IMG/VR virus record: IMGVR_UViG_3300044639_002137
From: an uncultured virus (IMG/VR IMGVR_UViG_3300044639_002137)
Taxonomy: Duplodnaviria > Heunggongvirae > Uroviricota > Caudoviricetes
Reading direction: 5' to 3' (one strand)
DNA: 64,000 nt
Shown: positions 54,586 through 64,000 of the stretch, one piece after another
Layout of the letters: each line of letters begins with the position of its first letter
Position numbering within the stretch: position 1 is the first letter of the stretch
Notes under the pieces: model-generated
Database searches by the model: none
Told to the model about the DNA's origin: nothing
What the model saw: the letters and a program-made list of their open reading frames with translations, nothing else
Position numbers and translations under genes: made by a program

Positions 54586-55737
54586 CTAGATCTTGAACCA
54601 GCTGAGGAACTTGTGCATCCGATCAACCACTGAATCCCAGTCACCTTGCCGAGGCTGGCGGAACAGTCTAGCACTGGGATACCAGGGCGAATCTTCACGA
54701 CCGGTCAGCCAACGCCAGCAGTTGCCATAGGCATTGAGTGGTATCCACACAGGTCGACCCAGAGCACCGGCCATGTGTGCATTGGCAGTGTCCACAGAAA
54801 TCACCAGATCAAGATGATGCATGAGTCCGGCTGTGTCTGCAAAGTTTCTTATAGTGCCTGGAAAACACACAGCACCTGCTGCCGTGATGATCTCAGTTTC
54901 TTCATCTGTAGCATCCATCTGTAGATTGATCCACTGATGTTCAGGATTGCGACGTATCAAGTCAGCCATGTTTGCCACAGGCATGCTCTTGTGCTGATGT
55001 ATCCAGCTATCCTTGCGGCCTGACCAGCACACACCAATTCTCATGCGAGTTTTGGAACCCAGTCGATCAGCCCAGATCCGTGCGTTCACAGGATCAGCTG
55101 CAATGTACTGCAACTGATGTGCAATGTTTTCCAGAGTCATGCCAATCACTCTGGGAATGTCCATCATGGCAATCCAGTAGTCAAATTCACCTAGGTCTTC
55201 ACCGGGTTCATAGATGCCCACAATTGTTCCTGCTGGTTGCGGAAACAGGGGTTTGACACTGGGGTTCAACAGTAATTTTATTTTCACACCGGTTGAGTGC
55301 AGATTGGCAGTGAATCTTATGAACTGTATTTGATCACCCAGTCCTTGTTCACCTATGATCAGTAGTGTTTTATCCTTGAGATCTTGACCGGTCCATTCAG
55401 GTTGAACCAGTTGGGGTTTGGTGCCGTCAAGATGTTCAAATCGCCAGCGTGATTCGTACAAGGGCCAGCCACGAGCATAGTCCCCGTTCAGCAAGTAGGC
55501 CACTGCAAGATTGAACTCAGAAGTGACGTCAGCAGGGTTGATGTCATGTGCTGCATGTAGAAAAGGAATGGCTCTGGCAGGATAGCCCATTTCTCTCAAC
55601 ACATTGCCGTAGTTGTTGAATGCTGCACTGTGATTGAAATCTTCAGCAAACACCTGTGCGTAACATTTTAACGCCTGTTCGGGATGATTTTCTGCACGAT
55701 GTTGATTGCCTTGGTCAATAAGTTCTTGATGGTTCAT
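54586..55737 (-). CDS. TPR-repeat plus glycosyltransferase (GT9/GT-B-like) protein
   Basis: Likely start ATG 55737. N-terminal TPRs (AFNNYGNVL, FNLAVAYL), EQGLGDQIQF, RIGVCWSG, LDLVISVDT..AHMAGALGRP, SPWYPSARLFRQ. Confidence 0.85.
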   Translation of the reverse strand: MNHQELIDQGNQHRAENHPEQALKCYAQVFAEDFNHSAAFNNYGNVLREMGYPARAIPFLHAAHDINPADVTSEFNLAVAYLLNGDYARGWPLYESRWRFEHLDGTKPQLVQPEWTGQDLKDKTLLIIGEQGLGDQIQFIRFTANLHSTGVKIKLLLNPSVKPLFPQPAGTIVGIYEPGEDLGEFDYWIAMMDIPRVIGMTLENIAHQLQYIAADPVNARIWADRLGSKTRMRIGVCWSGRKDSWIHQHKSMPVANMADLIRRNPEHQWINLQMDATDEETEIITAAGAVCFPGTIRNFADTAGLMHHLDLVISVDTANAHMAGALGRPVWIPLNAYGNCWRWLTGREDSPWYPSARLFRQPRQGDWDSVVDRMHKFLSWFKI

Positions 55738-55792
55738 GAGATATTTAAGAATACCGCAGCCTTGAGAAAAATAAACCTTTTTTGCTAAATAC

Positions 55793-55864
55793 AAGTCAAC
55801 GCAATACTGCGTTTTATGCGGTGATTTACCCTGCCGCGTACGGACTAGAACTCCGATCGGACTT
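55793..55864 (+). promoter_or_regulatory. Structured 5' leader (three hairpins, cloverleaf-like)
   Basis: AACGCA/TGCGTT, TATGCGG/CCGCGTA and CGGA-CTAGAAC-TCCG stems between TAAATA (55786-91) and the AAGGAG RBS. Confidence 0.5.
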
Positions 55865-55883
55865 CTTTAAGGAGAAAAAAATC

Positions 55884-56669
55884 ATGGGTCGTCCTCTTAA
55901 AATACAAAAAACTTCTACCGGCTCCGGCAATGGTGGCGCCAGCGTGGGTGTGGATCTTGGCTATCCGAACTTTGGCTCGCTCACTGTACCGGTATTTAAC
56001 TCACCGATACAAACACTCAATGACGCACAGTATGTGGGTGTGGTAGGTGGTGCAGCCCCTACGGATAGCCCCAGTGCTACCAATCCTAGAGTTGTGGTCA
56101 CAGTGAATATCACCTTGGCCACAGGCGCTGCCGCAGGTTCTGCCACTGGTTATATCATACGCCAAAAAGGCAGCCACAAGTATCTGGTAGGCGATGCCAC
56201 CACCATCAATGACGAAGACATACTGGTTGGTAATGCATACATGATCGTCACAGTTGGTGATACCAATTGGCAAGCCGCTGGAGCACCGATTGGTGCAGGC
56301 GTTGGCACAGTATTCACTTGCACCAGCACTGATGTTGGCGGCACAGGCACAGTCAATTTGGTTGGCGTGTGTGTGCTCAGCGATTCTGGATCTCCTACCA
56401 ACGGCAACATGAGCATTGCCTACATAGACAACGCCAGCTCTGATGTGTACATCAGCAAACTTACCAACCACTTTATCCTGGGCTGGGAAGGTGGTTCCAA
56501 CTATGATGCAGCTTCGGTCACAGGCGATCTTCGCAGCTTGGCCAACTTCTTCACAGACGAAGGCACCATGATCAAATCTGGCACTTCTGGCGGTGCCAAC
56601 ACCGGCAGCGTTTCGTCAGGACAACAAAATCTCTTGAACCTGGCACTGGTAGAAAACACCACTTCCTAA
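55884..56669 (+). CDS. Virion structural protein (possible head decoration)
   Basis: Start ATG 55884 (MGRPLKIQK) after AAGGAG; late promoter; Gly/Thr-rich; IIRQKGSHKYLV. Confidence 0.65.
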   Translation: MGRPLKIQKTSTGSGNGGASVGVDLGYPNFGSLTVPVFNSPIQTLNDAQYVGVVGGAAPTDSPSATNPRVVVTVNITLATGAAAGSATGYIIRQKGSHKYLVGDATTINDEDILVGNAYMIVTVGDTNWQAAGAPIGAGVGTVFTCTSTDVGGTGTVNLVGVCVLSDSGSPTNGNMSIAYIDNASSDVYISKLTNHFILGWEGGSNYDAASVTGDLRSLANFFTDEGTMIKSGTSGGANTGSVSSGQQNLLNLALVENTTS

Positions 56670-56684
56670 TAGATTTAGGCACCG

Positions 56685-56718
56685 AATCCTCTCAGCTACA
56701 TACTGGGAGGATTTTTTT
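56685..56718 (+). terminator. Rho-independent terminator overlapping the next RBS
   Basis: AATCCTCTCAG-CTACATA-CTGGGAGGATT followed by a T-run. Confidence 0.7.
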
Positions 56719-57306
56719 ATGAGCATAGCATTTGTATTGGGCAACGGCCAAAGCCGATCAGTCATTGATTTGACCAGAATTCAGCCTCTGGGTCCAATCT
56801 ATGGTTGCAACGGACTGTATCGAGATTTTGAGCCCGATTGTCTTGTGGCCACAGACAGACCCATTGCAGAACACATACAACGTTCGGGCTATAGCAAAAA
56901 AAATAGATTTTATACTCGCAGACCCTTGCCAGATCTGGGCGCACACCAGGTTCCAAAAAAGTATCACGGCAACAGTTCAGGTCCTATTGCGTGTGCCATA
57001 TCTGCGTCTGATGGACACAGACGCATATATCTACTGGGCTATGACATGTCTGGCACAGCGGCCAGCAAATTCAACAATGTGTATGCAGGAACAGAGTTCT
57101 ACAAGGCCGCCGATTCAGCACCCACCTTCACAGGCAACTGGATCAAACAACTGGTCGCAGTTGCTAGAGACTTTCCCCGAACGGAATTTGTGCGTGTGTG
57201 CGGCATAACCACTGCTGAAATTATCGACTTAAAAAACATAGATAATTTTTTGCACATTGATCTCAAAGCCTTTGTGCACCGGATAAACACCGGCGAAAAC
57301 CTGTAA
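56719..57306 (+). CDS. Sialyltransferase/MAF(DUF115)-like Rossmann-fold protein
   Basis: AFVLGNGQSR, YGCN, LVATD, SSGPIA, IYLLGYD. Confidence 0.6.
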   Translation: MSIAFVLGNGQSRSVIDLTRIQPLGPIYGCNGLYRDFEPDCLVATDRPIAEHIQRSGYSKKNRFYTRRPLPDLGAHQVPKKYHGNSSGPIACAISASDGHRRIYLLGYDMSGTAASKFNNVYAGTEFYKAADSAPTFTGNWIKQLVAVARDFPRTEFVRVCGITTAEIIDLKNIDNFLHIDLKAFVHRINTGENL

Positions 57307-57362
57307 TCTCCCTACAACCTTGGCCTTGCTGGCTCTGGTAAATACAGCAAGAGACTCTACAA

Positions 57363-60300
57363 ATGACCCAATATGTTATTGACATTGGCGCGGTACCCGA
57401 CGACGGGCAGGGCGACCCGTTACGCACAGCGTTTGCATTTACCAACGACAACTTCAATCAGATTTTTGAATCAGGACCTGTTGGCTCAAATGTAAAAATT
57501 GCCAACAATACCATCACCACCACGGTGATAAACAGCAACCTAATATTGAGCCCTTCGGGCATTGGCAAAATTCAGGTCAACAACACACTGCTGCCACGAA
57601 TTGACAATGTGTATGATCTGGGCAGCTTGTCTCAGAGATTCAACACCATCTATGTGGGCTCTGGTGGCCTGGACATCACAGGTGGCATCGTTGTCAGCGG
57701 CAATATCACTGCTGACTATTTTATCGGCAACGGGTCGGCACTCACAGGCATTGTGGCCACCACAGGCAGCAGGGTCGTAAACGGCAACAGCAATATCAAC
57801 ATACCCACAGCGGGTTCCAATATATTTGTCACAGTCAACGGTACTGGCAATATTGTGGTATTTTCCAATACCGGAGCGTATGTTGCAGGCGCCGTAAGTG
57901 CAACAGGCAACATCACAGGTAATTATATCCTGGGCAACGGTGCGTTGCTGACAGGAATCAATGCCAACTACAGCAATGCCAATGTAGCAGCATACCTGCC
58001 CACATACACAGGTAACTTGGTCAGCCTAACAGGGCCAGTAACAACCACTGCCAATGTCACAGGCGCTAATTTAAGAACCAGTGGACAAATCACAGCCACA
58101 GGCAACATCACCGGCGGCAACGTAGACACCAACAGAGTCAATGCAGCCAATATCACTGTTGGTGGACCAATTAGTGCAAGTGGGAACGTCACGGGCAATT
58201 ATATTCTGGGTAACGGTGCGTTGCTGACAGGTATCAACGCCAACTATAGCAATGCCAATGTTGCGGCATATCTTCCAACCTATACAGGTAACTTGGTCAG
58301 TTTAACAGGACCAGTAACAACCACTGCCAATGTTACTGGTGCTAACATTCGCACAACAGGACAAATAACAGCCACAGGAAATATTACTGGTGGTAATGTA
58401 GACACTGGCAGAGTCAATGCTGCTAATATTACTGCCAGTGGAAATGTTAGCGGTGCATACTTCCTTGGTGATGGTAGTCAATTAACAAATTTACCTGCAG
58501 GAAATTACAGCAATGCCAATGTCACAGCATACCTGCCCACATACACAGGTAACCTGGTCAGTCTAGCCGGTCCAGTAACAACCACTGCTAATATCACTGG
58601 TGCTAATATTCGTGCGACTGGACAAATAACAGCCACAGGCAACGTCACAGCAGGCAATGTTGATACCAGCAGAGTCAATGCTGCTACGGTTACTGTCAGC
58701 GGGCCAGTTAGTGCAAGTGGCAATGTCACTGGTGCGTACTTCTTGGGTGACGGTAGTCAGTTAACCAATCTACCTGCTGGTAATTACAGCAATGCCAATG
58801 TTGCTGCTTACTTGCCCACATACACTGGCAACTTGGTCAGTTTAACAGGTCCGGTAACAACCACAGCCAACATCACTGGCGGCAATTTGTTAACCAGTGG
58901 TCAAGCCACAGTCACTGGCAATATCACAGCAGGCAATGTAGACGCCACCAAAGTCAATGCTGTCACTGTGGCGGCCAGCGGCTCAATCAGTGCTGTTAGC
59001 AACATCACCGGCAACAATCTAATTGGTGTCACTGTAACCGGAACCACTGTTACTGCCACAGCCAACGTGGTTGGCGGCAATATCACCACAGCTGGACAGA
59101 TTTCATCTACAGGAAACATAACTGGTGGTAATCTCAGTGTCCCTGGTGGAACAGTCTCAAGTCTCACAGTTAGTGCCTCAGGAAATATTCGAGGCGGCAA
59201 TCTTGTTACGCCAGGATTTATCACAGCCACAGGCAATATCACAGGCGGCAATGTAGACACTGGCAACATACATGCTGGCAATGTAAATGTTGATAGTGTC
59301 GTAAGTGCCCAAGGCAATGTGTATGGAGATAACTTTGTTGGCAACGGGTTAGTAATTTTTGGAAATGCGTCACTGGGCAATACTTCTGTATCTGGAACCA
59401 TTGGTGCCACTGTTGTCAGCGCATCAGGCAATGTGATTGGTGGAAACTTACTGACCACTGGTCAAGTCAGTGCCAGCGGCAATGTGTCAGGCAACTATTT
59501 TGTTGGTAACGGTGCGTTACTAACAGGTATCACAGTATCAGCTGGATCATCACTGTTGAATGGCAACAGTAATGTTGTTGTGGCTACCAATGGCAACGTC
59601 ACAGTTGGTGTAAGTGGAATCAGCAACATAGCACAGTTTGCCAACACCGGTGCATATGTCACTGGTGTCATTAGTGCCACAGGCAACATAACAGGCAGTT
59701 ATTTGCTTGGTAACGGTGCATTTATCACAGGATTACCAGCAGGATACAGCAATGCTGATGTGGCCAACTACCTGCCAACATATTCGGGCAACTTACCAAA
59801 TTTAACCGGACTAGTATCAACCACAGGCAACATTGCTGGCAATTACTTTATTGGTAACGGTAGTTTATTGACAGGTGTAACAGCATCTGGAGTCAACGCC
59901 AATGCACTAACCGGCAACACATTAAGTTCAAATGTATTGAACTCCAGTCTAACGTCGGTTGGCACCCTGAGCAATCTGATTGTAACAGGAAACACAACTA
60001 GTGGTAATTTATCAACTGGTGGATTAATCAGTGCAACTGGCAACATAACCGGCAATTATATCCTGGGCAACGGTGCATCGCTGACTGGTGTGATTACCAG
60101 TGTGGCCAACATCAATCTTGGCACATCAAATGTTACTGTTGTTAGCTCTGGCGGCAATGTCTCTGTTGGCATAGGCGGAACAAGCAACATAGCAGTATTT
60201 GCCACAACAGGCGAATATGTTACTGGCCTAATTAGTGCAACAGGTAATATCACTGGCAGTAACTTACTCACTGCTGGATTGATATCTGCAACCGCTAATG

Positions 60301-63300
60301 TTACTGCTGGTAACATTAACACAGTGGGATTGATAACAGCAACCGGCAATGTTAGTGGTAATTATTTTATTGGTAATGGTAGTCAATTAACAGGTGTTGC
60401 AGCATCTAGTGTAAATGCTGATGCACTAATTGGCAACACTCTAAGTTCAAATGTATTAAACTCGAGCCTAACATCAGTCGGCAATTTGGTTAGTCTAAGT
60501 GTGGTTGGAAACACAACCGCAGGTAATTTACTAACAGGTGGCTTGATAAGTGCAACTGGTAACATTACAAGTGCTACCAATATTTCGGGTGGCAACGTTG
60601 TCACAGGAGGCCTAATATCAGCAACTGGCAATGCCACCGTTGGTAATTTAAGCACAGCAGGGTTGATTACTGCAACTGGTAATATTTCTGGCAACAATAT
60701 TTTTGCCACAGGACTTGCAAGTGTCACAGGCAATGTAGCTGCCGGCAACGTCAACACCAGTGCTATTAGACCTGTCAGCGGGCCATTGACAATTACCACT
60801 GCGTCAGGCAATTTGAATCTGCAACCAGCAGGCAATATTGTGTTGGCCAACACCTATATCAACAGTGTGGCATATCCAGCACAAGATACTGATGCTGCAA
60901 CAAAATTGTATGTTGACAACATGGTGTCAACTGCTATAGCGTATCACACACCTGTATATGCAGCTACCACTACCACACTGGCTTCTAGCACAGGCGGAAC
61001 AATTACATATGCTCAACCCAACGGCGCGGCCAATGGGGTTGGTGCAACGCTGACCACCACAGGCTCATTTAATCTAGTTGATACCAGCAATGTTCAGACA
61101 CTGGGCACACGTATTTTGGTCAAGGATCAGGCCGATGCGGTACAAAACGGCATTTACACCTGGGCCAATGCCACAGCAATTGTTCGAGCCACTGATGCAG
61201 ACGAATATGGACCAGATAGTTCACAACAAATAAGTGTAAACGATTATTTCTTTACCAGCACTGGCAATGTTAATGTTGGATCAGCCTTTATAGTTAATTC
61301 ACCAACGGGCACTATTACTTTTGGCACAAGCAACATTACTTTTGCTCTGTTTAGTCAAACAACAGCGTATACTGCCAACGTTGACGCTGGACTAAGTCTA
61401 ACTGGCACTGTATTCTCAGCCAAGGTTGATCTGAATACCACAGCATTTGATGCTGGTGGAAATATTATTGTCAAAGCAGGAGCCAATCTTACCACACCCA
61501 ATATTGGTGCTGCCACCGGCACAAGCCTGAGTTTGATTGGCAATGTCAACAGTGGAAATGTCAACACCAGCGGCTTGATTTCAGCAACTGGCAACATTAC
61601 AAGTGCTGCCAATATTTCAGGTGGTAATGTTCTAACAGGCGGTTCAATAAGTGCAACTGGCAACATTACTGGCAATTACTTTGCTGGCAACGGTGCAGGA
61701 CTTTCTAATGTCATTGCTTCCGGCGGCGTAGGCAATACTATTACACTGGGCACACCCACAGACGGTAGCCTAACAGCCAATGTTGCTTACCCTGGATGGA
61801 CCACAGGTACTTTTGTTACTGATGGTCTGGATGATCTAAACCAGGTGTCATTGAACATTGCCAACAGTACCTACGTGGGCAATGCCTATATCACTGCCAA
61901 CGTTTATTCTGGACCCAGTCCGTTGACAGTGGCATTCACCAGTTATTACATTGGTAATCCCAACAGTTTCTTGTGGCAGTTTGGAGATGGCACAGCCAAT
62001 GCCACCACAGCCAATGCGGTTCATACCTTTAGCAATACACTAGGCGGAACTTTTACTGTGAACTTCACTGCCTTCAATACCAATGGAACCTACAACGGCA
62101 ACGCGGCCAATGGTGCCAAAGGATCCACTAGCAGTGCCAACATTTCGAACATTGTGTTGTACACTCCAAGTCCAATACCGTCATTTACTCTAAGCAGCAA
62201 CAGTTTCAACACAGGCAACACCATAACCATAACCAACACCAGCCAGTATGTGGTCTGGTATGACCTGAGTTTTGGCGATGGTACTGCTAATTTTGCTGCT
62301 GGTCCAGGTCTGGGCAATACCTCATTTACCAATGTAACTCATCAGTACAATTCCGTGTCGTCCAACGCAGACAGTTTGTACAGTGCAGTTCTAAGTGGCA
62401 CCAGCAACACCGCCGGACCGGGCAACGTTACTGTGGTATCATTGGCCAGCAACGTCAAAGTTTATGCTCCTCAAACCGGCAATGTGTTTGTCACTGCCAA
62501 TCGGGCCAACGTGATCAACGGCCTAGGTGGTATAAGTTTCCGCAACGACTCAAATGGCACGCCAGGAAACACAGCCAGTTTTGGTGCACAACAATTGTAC
62601 AACTTCAACTACGGTGACGGCAATATCAGCAACGTCAATGTAGGAACAGGAATTGCGGGTAATCCAGCAGCAGCCAATGTCACAAACACCTTTGTGTTGA
62701 GTGCTGCCAACCAAGCCGGCAACGTTTATCAACAGTTCACAGCTAATTTGTATCTGTATACTGGTTACAGCAGCAGCCCAGCCCAAAGTGGCAATATCAC
62801 AATCACAATAGAACCTCAGGTGCGTGGCAACTATATTGGAACCACCGCCAACGTTGTGACAGATGCCACTGCCAACACAGGCAATGCCAGAGTGGGATAT
62901 CTCTATACTGATTATAATACTTCCAACAGATCAACGTTTACATTCCAGAACACCAGTCAGAACAGTAATCTGGCCAACTGGTCCTGGGGTGACAGCACAT
63001 TCAGCAACGGTGTATCAAATGTGGGCAACACTCTGCACACCTACAACAGCACTGGTGCGTTCACAGTGGCACTCACGGCCAATGGCACACCCAACGGTAT
63101 AACCAGCACTGCTCAAAGCAACACAATCTCCAATGTTGGTTATATTTTTATTGCTGTGAATCCCACAGCACCAACTAATCTTAGTGGATACTCCAACTTG
63201 GCCATAGCCAACACCAGCCAAGGAACCAGTCCGTTGTTGGCGGCTGGAGCAACAGATGCCTCAGGCGGCAACATTGTGGCCAATGGTGCCAGTGTCACAC

Positions 63301-64000
63301 GTTTTGCAACAACCACCCCAATTGCCACTGCTGCCAATATTATCAATGCCAACACAGGCATAAGTTCAACTCAGTTGACAGCCAACCTGTTTGCCTATGT
63401 CAACAATGCTGATGCCGGCAATGTGACATTTAGCAATGTGAGCAACACAGTCGGAACCTCGGGCGCATTGGTAATCACTCAAGATCGAGACTTGCATGTG
63501 GCCAATGCTGCTGTGCCAAGTTACTTCTACAAGGTGTTCAATGCCAATATTTCGTGTGCCCTCAGCAGCTTGAGCACTGGTTACAACAACTACAAATTGG
63601 TAGATTCTGTAACAGGCAACACCAACTATGTGGGATTTGTCAAAGACAATTTGAATTCAGCACCTAGCCTGGTCACTGCCAGTACCACTTTGGTTGAAGC
63701 CACAGCAGGCACCTATCGATATATTTCAGGTATTCCTTACTACAACACAGGATCACCCACAATTACCATTGCCACACTGGCAGTGGCAAACTTGTCTGGA
63801 CAAACATTTAGAAGTGCAGATCCGTTTGTGTTGGCCAGTGGAACAGTGATTGAAGGATCTGGGGCCATATTATCTGCAACACAGACCAAGGCACTTGGCA
63901 CAATCAACAATGCTGGCAACAGCTTCCTGACAGGAGCCAATCTAAATGCCAATGTGGGTGTTGGTTCATCTTACACACTTGGCAACTTGACTGCCAACCT
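57363..64000 (+). CDS. Very long tail fibre/adhesin-like virion protein (>2212 aa, runs off the right edge; not in ORF track)
   Basis: ATG 57363 after TAAATA. MTQYVIDIGAVPDDGQGDPLRTAF (gp9/gp10-like N-terminal anchor), ATGNITG repeats, PKD-like domains; the same frame reads sensibly at the window end (VGSSYTLGNLTAN). Confidence 0.85.
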   Translation, partial: MTQYVIDIGAVPDDGQGDPLRTAFAFTNDNFNQIFESGPVGSNVKIANNTITTTVINSNLILSPSGIGKIQVNNTLLPRIDNVYDLGSLSQRFNTIYVGSGGLDITGGIVVSGNITADYFIGNGSALTGIVATTGSRVVNGNSNINIPTAGSNIFVTVNGTGNIVVFSNTGAYVAGAVSATGNITGNYILGNGALLTGINANYSNANVAAYLPTYTGNLVSLTGPVTTTANVTGANLRTSGQITATGNITGGNVDTNRVNAANITVGGPISASGNVTGNYILGNGALLTGINANYSNANVAAYLPTYTGNLVSLTGPVTTTANVTGANIRTTGQITATGNITGGNVDTGRVNAANITASGNVSGAYFLGDGSQLTNLPAGNYSNANVTAYLPTYTGNLVSLAGPVTTTANITGANIRATGQITATGNVTAGNVDTSRVNAATVTVSGPVSASGNVTGAYFLGDGSQLTNLPAGNYSNANVAAYLPTYTGNLVSLTGPVTTTANITGGNLLTSGQATVTGNITAGNVDATKVNAVTVAASGSISAVSNITGNNLIGVTVTGTTVTATANVVGGNITTAGQISSTGNITGGNLSVPGGTVSSLTVSASGNIRGGNLVTPGFITATGNITGGNVDTGNIHAGNVNVDSVVSAQGNVYGDNFVGNGLVIFGNASLGNTSVSGTIGATVVSASGNVIGGNLLTTGQVSASGNVSGNYFVGNGALLTGITVSAGSSLLNGNSNVVVATNGNVTVGVSGISNIAQFANTGAYVTGVISATGNITGSYLLGNGAFITGLPAGYSNADVANYLPTYSGNLPNLTGLVSTTGNIAGNYFIGNGSLLTGVTASGVNANALTGNTLSSNVLNSSLTSVGTLSNLIVTGNTTSGNLSTGGLISATGNITGNYILGNGASLTGVITSVANINLGTSNVTVVSSGGNVSVGIGGTSNIAVFATTGEYVTGLISATGNITGSNLLTAGLISATANVTAGNINTVGLITATGNVSGNYFIGNGSQLTGVAASSVNADALIGNTLSSNVLNSSLTSVGNLVSLSVVGNTTAGNLLTGGLISATGNITSATNISGGNVVTGGLISATGNATVGNLSTAGLITATGNISGNNIFATGLASVTGNVAAGNVNTSAIRPVSGPLTITTASGNLNLQPAGNIVLANTYINSVAYPAQDTDAATKLYVDNMVSTAIAYHTPVYAATTTTLASSTGGTITYAQPNGAANGVGATLTTTGSFNLVDTSNVQTLGTRILVKDQADAVQNGIYTWANATAIVRATDADEYGPDSSQQISVNDYFFTSTGNVNVGSAFIVNSPTGTITFGTSNITFALFSQTTAYTANVDAGLSLTGTVFSAKVDLNTTAFDAGGNIIVKAGANLTTPNIGAATGTSLSLIGNVNSGNVNTSGLISATGNITSAANISGGNVLTGGSISATGNITGNYFAGNGAGLSNVIASGGVGNTITLGTPTDGSLTANVAYPGWTTGTFVTDGLDDLNQVSLNIANSTYVGNAYITANVYSGPSPLTVAFTSYYIGNPNSFLWQFGDGTANATTANAVHTFSNTLGGTFTVNFTAFNTNGTYNGNAANGAKGSTSSANISNIVLYTPSPIPSFTLSSNSFNTGNTITITNTSQYVVWYDLSFGDGTANFAAGPGLGNTSFTNVTHQYNSVSSNADSLYSAVLSGTSNTAGPGNVTVVSLASNVKVYAPQTGNVFVTANRANVINGLGGISFRNDSNGTPGNTASFGAQQLYNFNYGDGNISNVNVGTGIAGNPAAANVTNTFVLSAANQAGNVYQQFTANLYLYTGYSSSPAQSGNITITIEPQVRGNYIGTTANVVTDATANTGNARVGYLYTDYNTSNRSTFTFQNTSQNSNLANWSWGDSTFSNGVSNVGNTLHTYNSTGAFTVALTANGTPNGITSTAQSNTISNVGYIFIAVNPTAPTNLSGYSNLAIANTSQGTSPLLAAGATDASGGNIVANGASVTRFATTTPIATAANIINANTGISSTQLTANLFAYVNNADAGNVTFSNVSNTVGTSGALVITQDRDLHVANAAVPSYFYKVFNANISCALSSLSTGYNNYKLVDSVTGNTNYVGFVKDNLNSAPSLVTASTTLVEATAGTYRYISGIPYYNTGSPTITIATLAVANLSGQTFRSADPFVLASGTVIEGSGAILSATQTKALGTINNAGNSFLTGANLNANVGVGSSYTLGNLTAN
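57921..58900 (+). repeat. Intragenic tandem repeats (~87-93 aa units)
   Basis: YSNANV(A/T)AYLPTYTGNLVSL units begin at 57969, 58245, 58506 and 58785 (periods 276/261/279 nt); a degenerate copy is at 59745. Confidence 0.85.

Noticed and set aside
55793..55864. Canonical tRNA gene
   Set aside because: Lacks a 7-bp acceptor stem, conserved D/T-loop nucleotides, a 7-nt anticodon loop and CCA; kept only as a structured leader
57921..60600. CRISPR array or DGR template/variable repeats
   Set aside because: The repeats are in-frame coding units with mostly synonymous differences and no spacers. No cas or reverse transcriptase gene is in the window.
57562..63952. Many short ORFs in the track (mostly minus strand)
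   Set aside because: They are antisense or out-of-frame shadows of the single long plus-strand fibre gene
1..64000. Stop-codon reassignment as seen in some large phages
   Set aside because: Core genes are full length in the standard code, and TAA, TAG and TGA all act as stops

Overview
This 64 kb window comes from a large T4-superfamily (contractile-tail) bacteriophage genome and uses the standard genetic code. Left arm (1-38.3 kb, all on the minus strand): a baseplate/tail module (tube-initiator-like, gp53-, gp5-, gp25- and gp6-like proteins, a 4884-aa giant virion protein, fibre-like proteins), then a separately promoted cluster of glycosyltransferase-like, 2OG-Fe(II)-oxygenase-like and tandem radical SAM genes. 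Right arm (mostly plus strand): late sigma gp55, gp47/gp46 recombination nuclease with an AT-rich insert, a radical SAM gene, a stand-alone GIY-YIG nuclease followed by a ~400-nt highly structured non-coding element, a gp26-like chaperone with a predicted -1 frameshift extension, a tape-measure-like gene, head genes gp20-gp21-gp22-gp23, a TPR-glycosyltransferase, and a >2200-aa repeat-rich fibre with PKD domains that runs off the window and is absent from the ORF track. Leading candidates for novelty are the GIY-YIG plus structured element (44.6-45.4 kb), the T_TTT_TTC frameshift, a cloverleaf-like 5' leader (55.8 kb), leaderless TAAATA late transcripts and a possible virion-glycosylation system. 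All product calls come from motif recognition by eye, not database searches.
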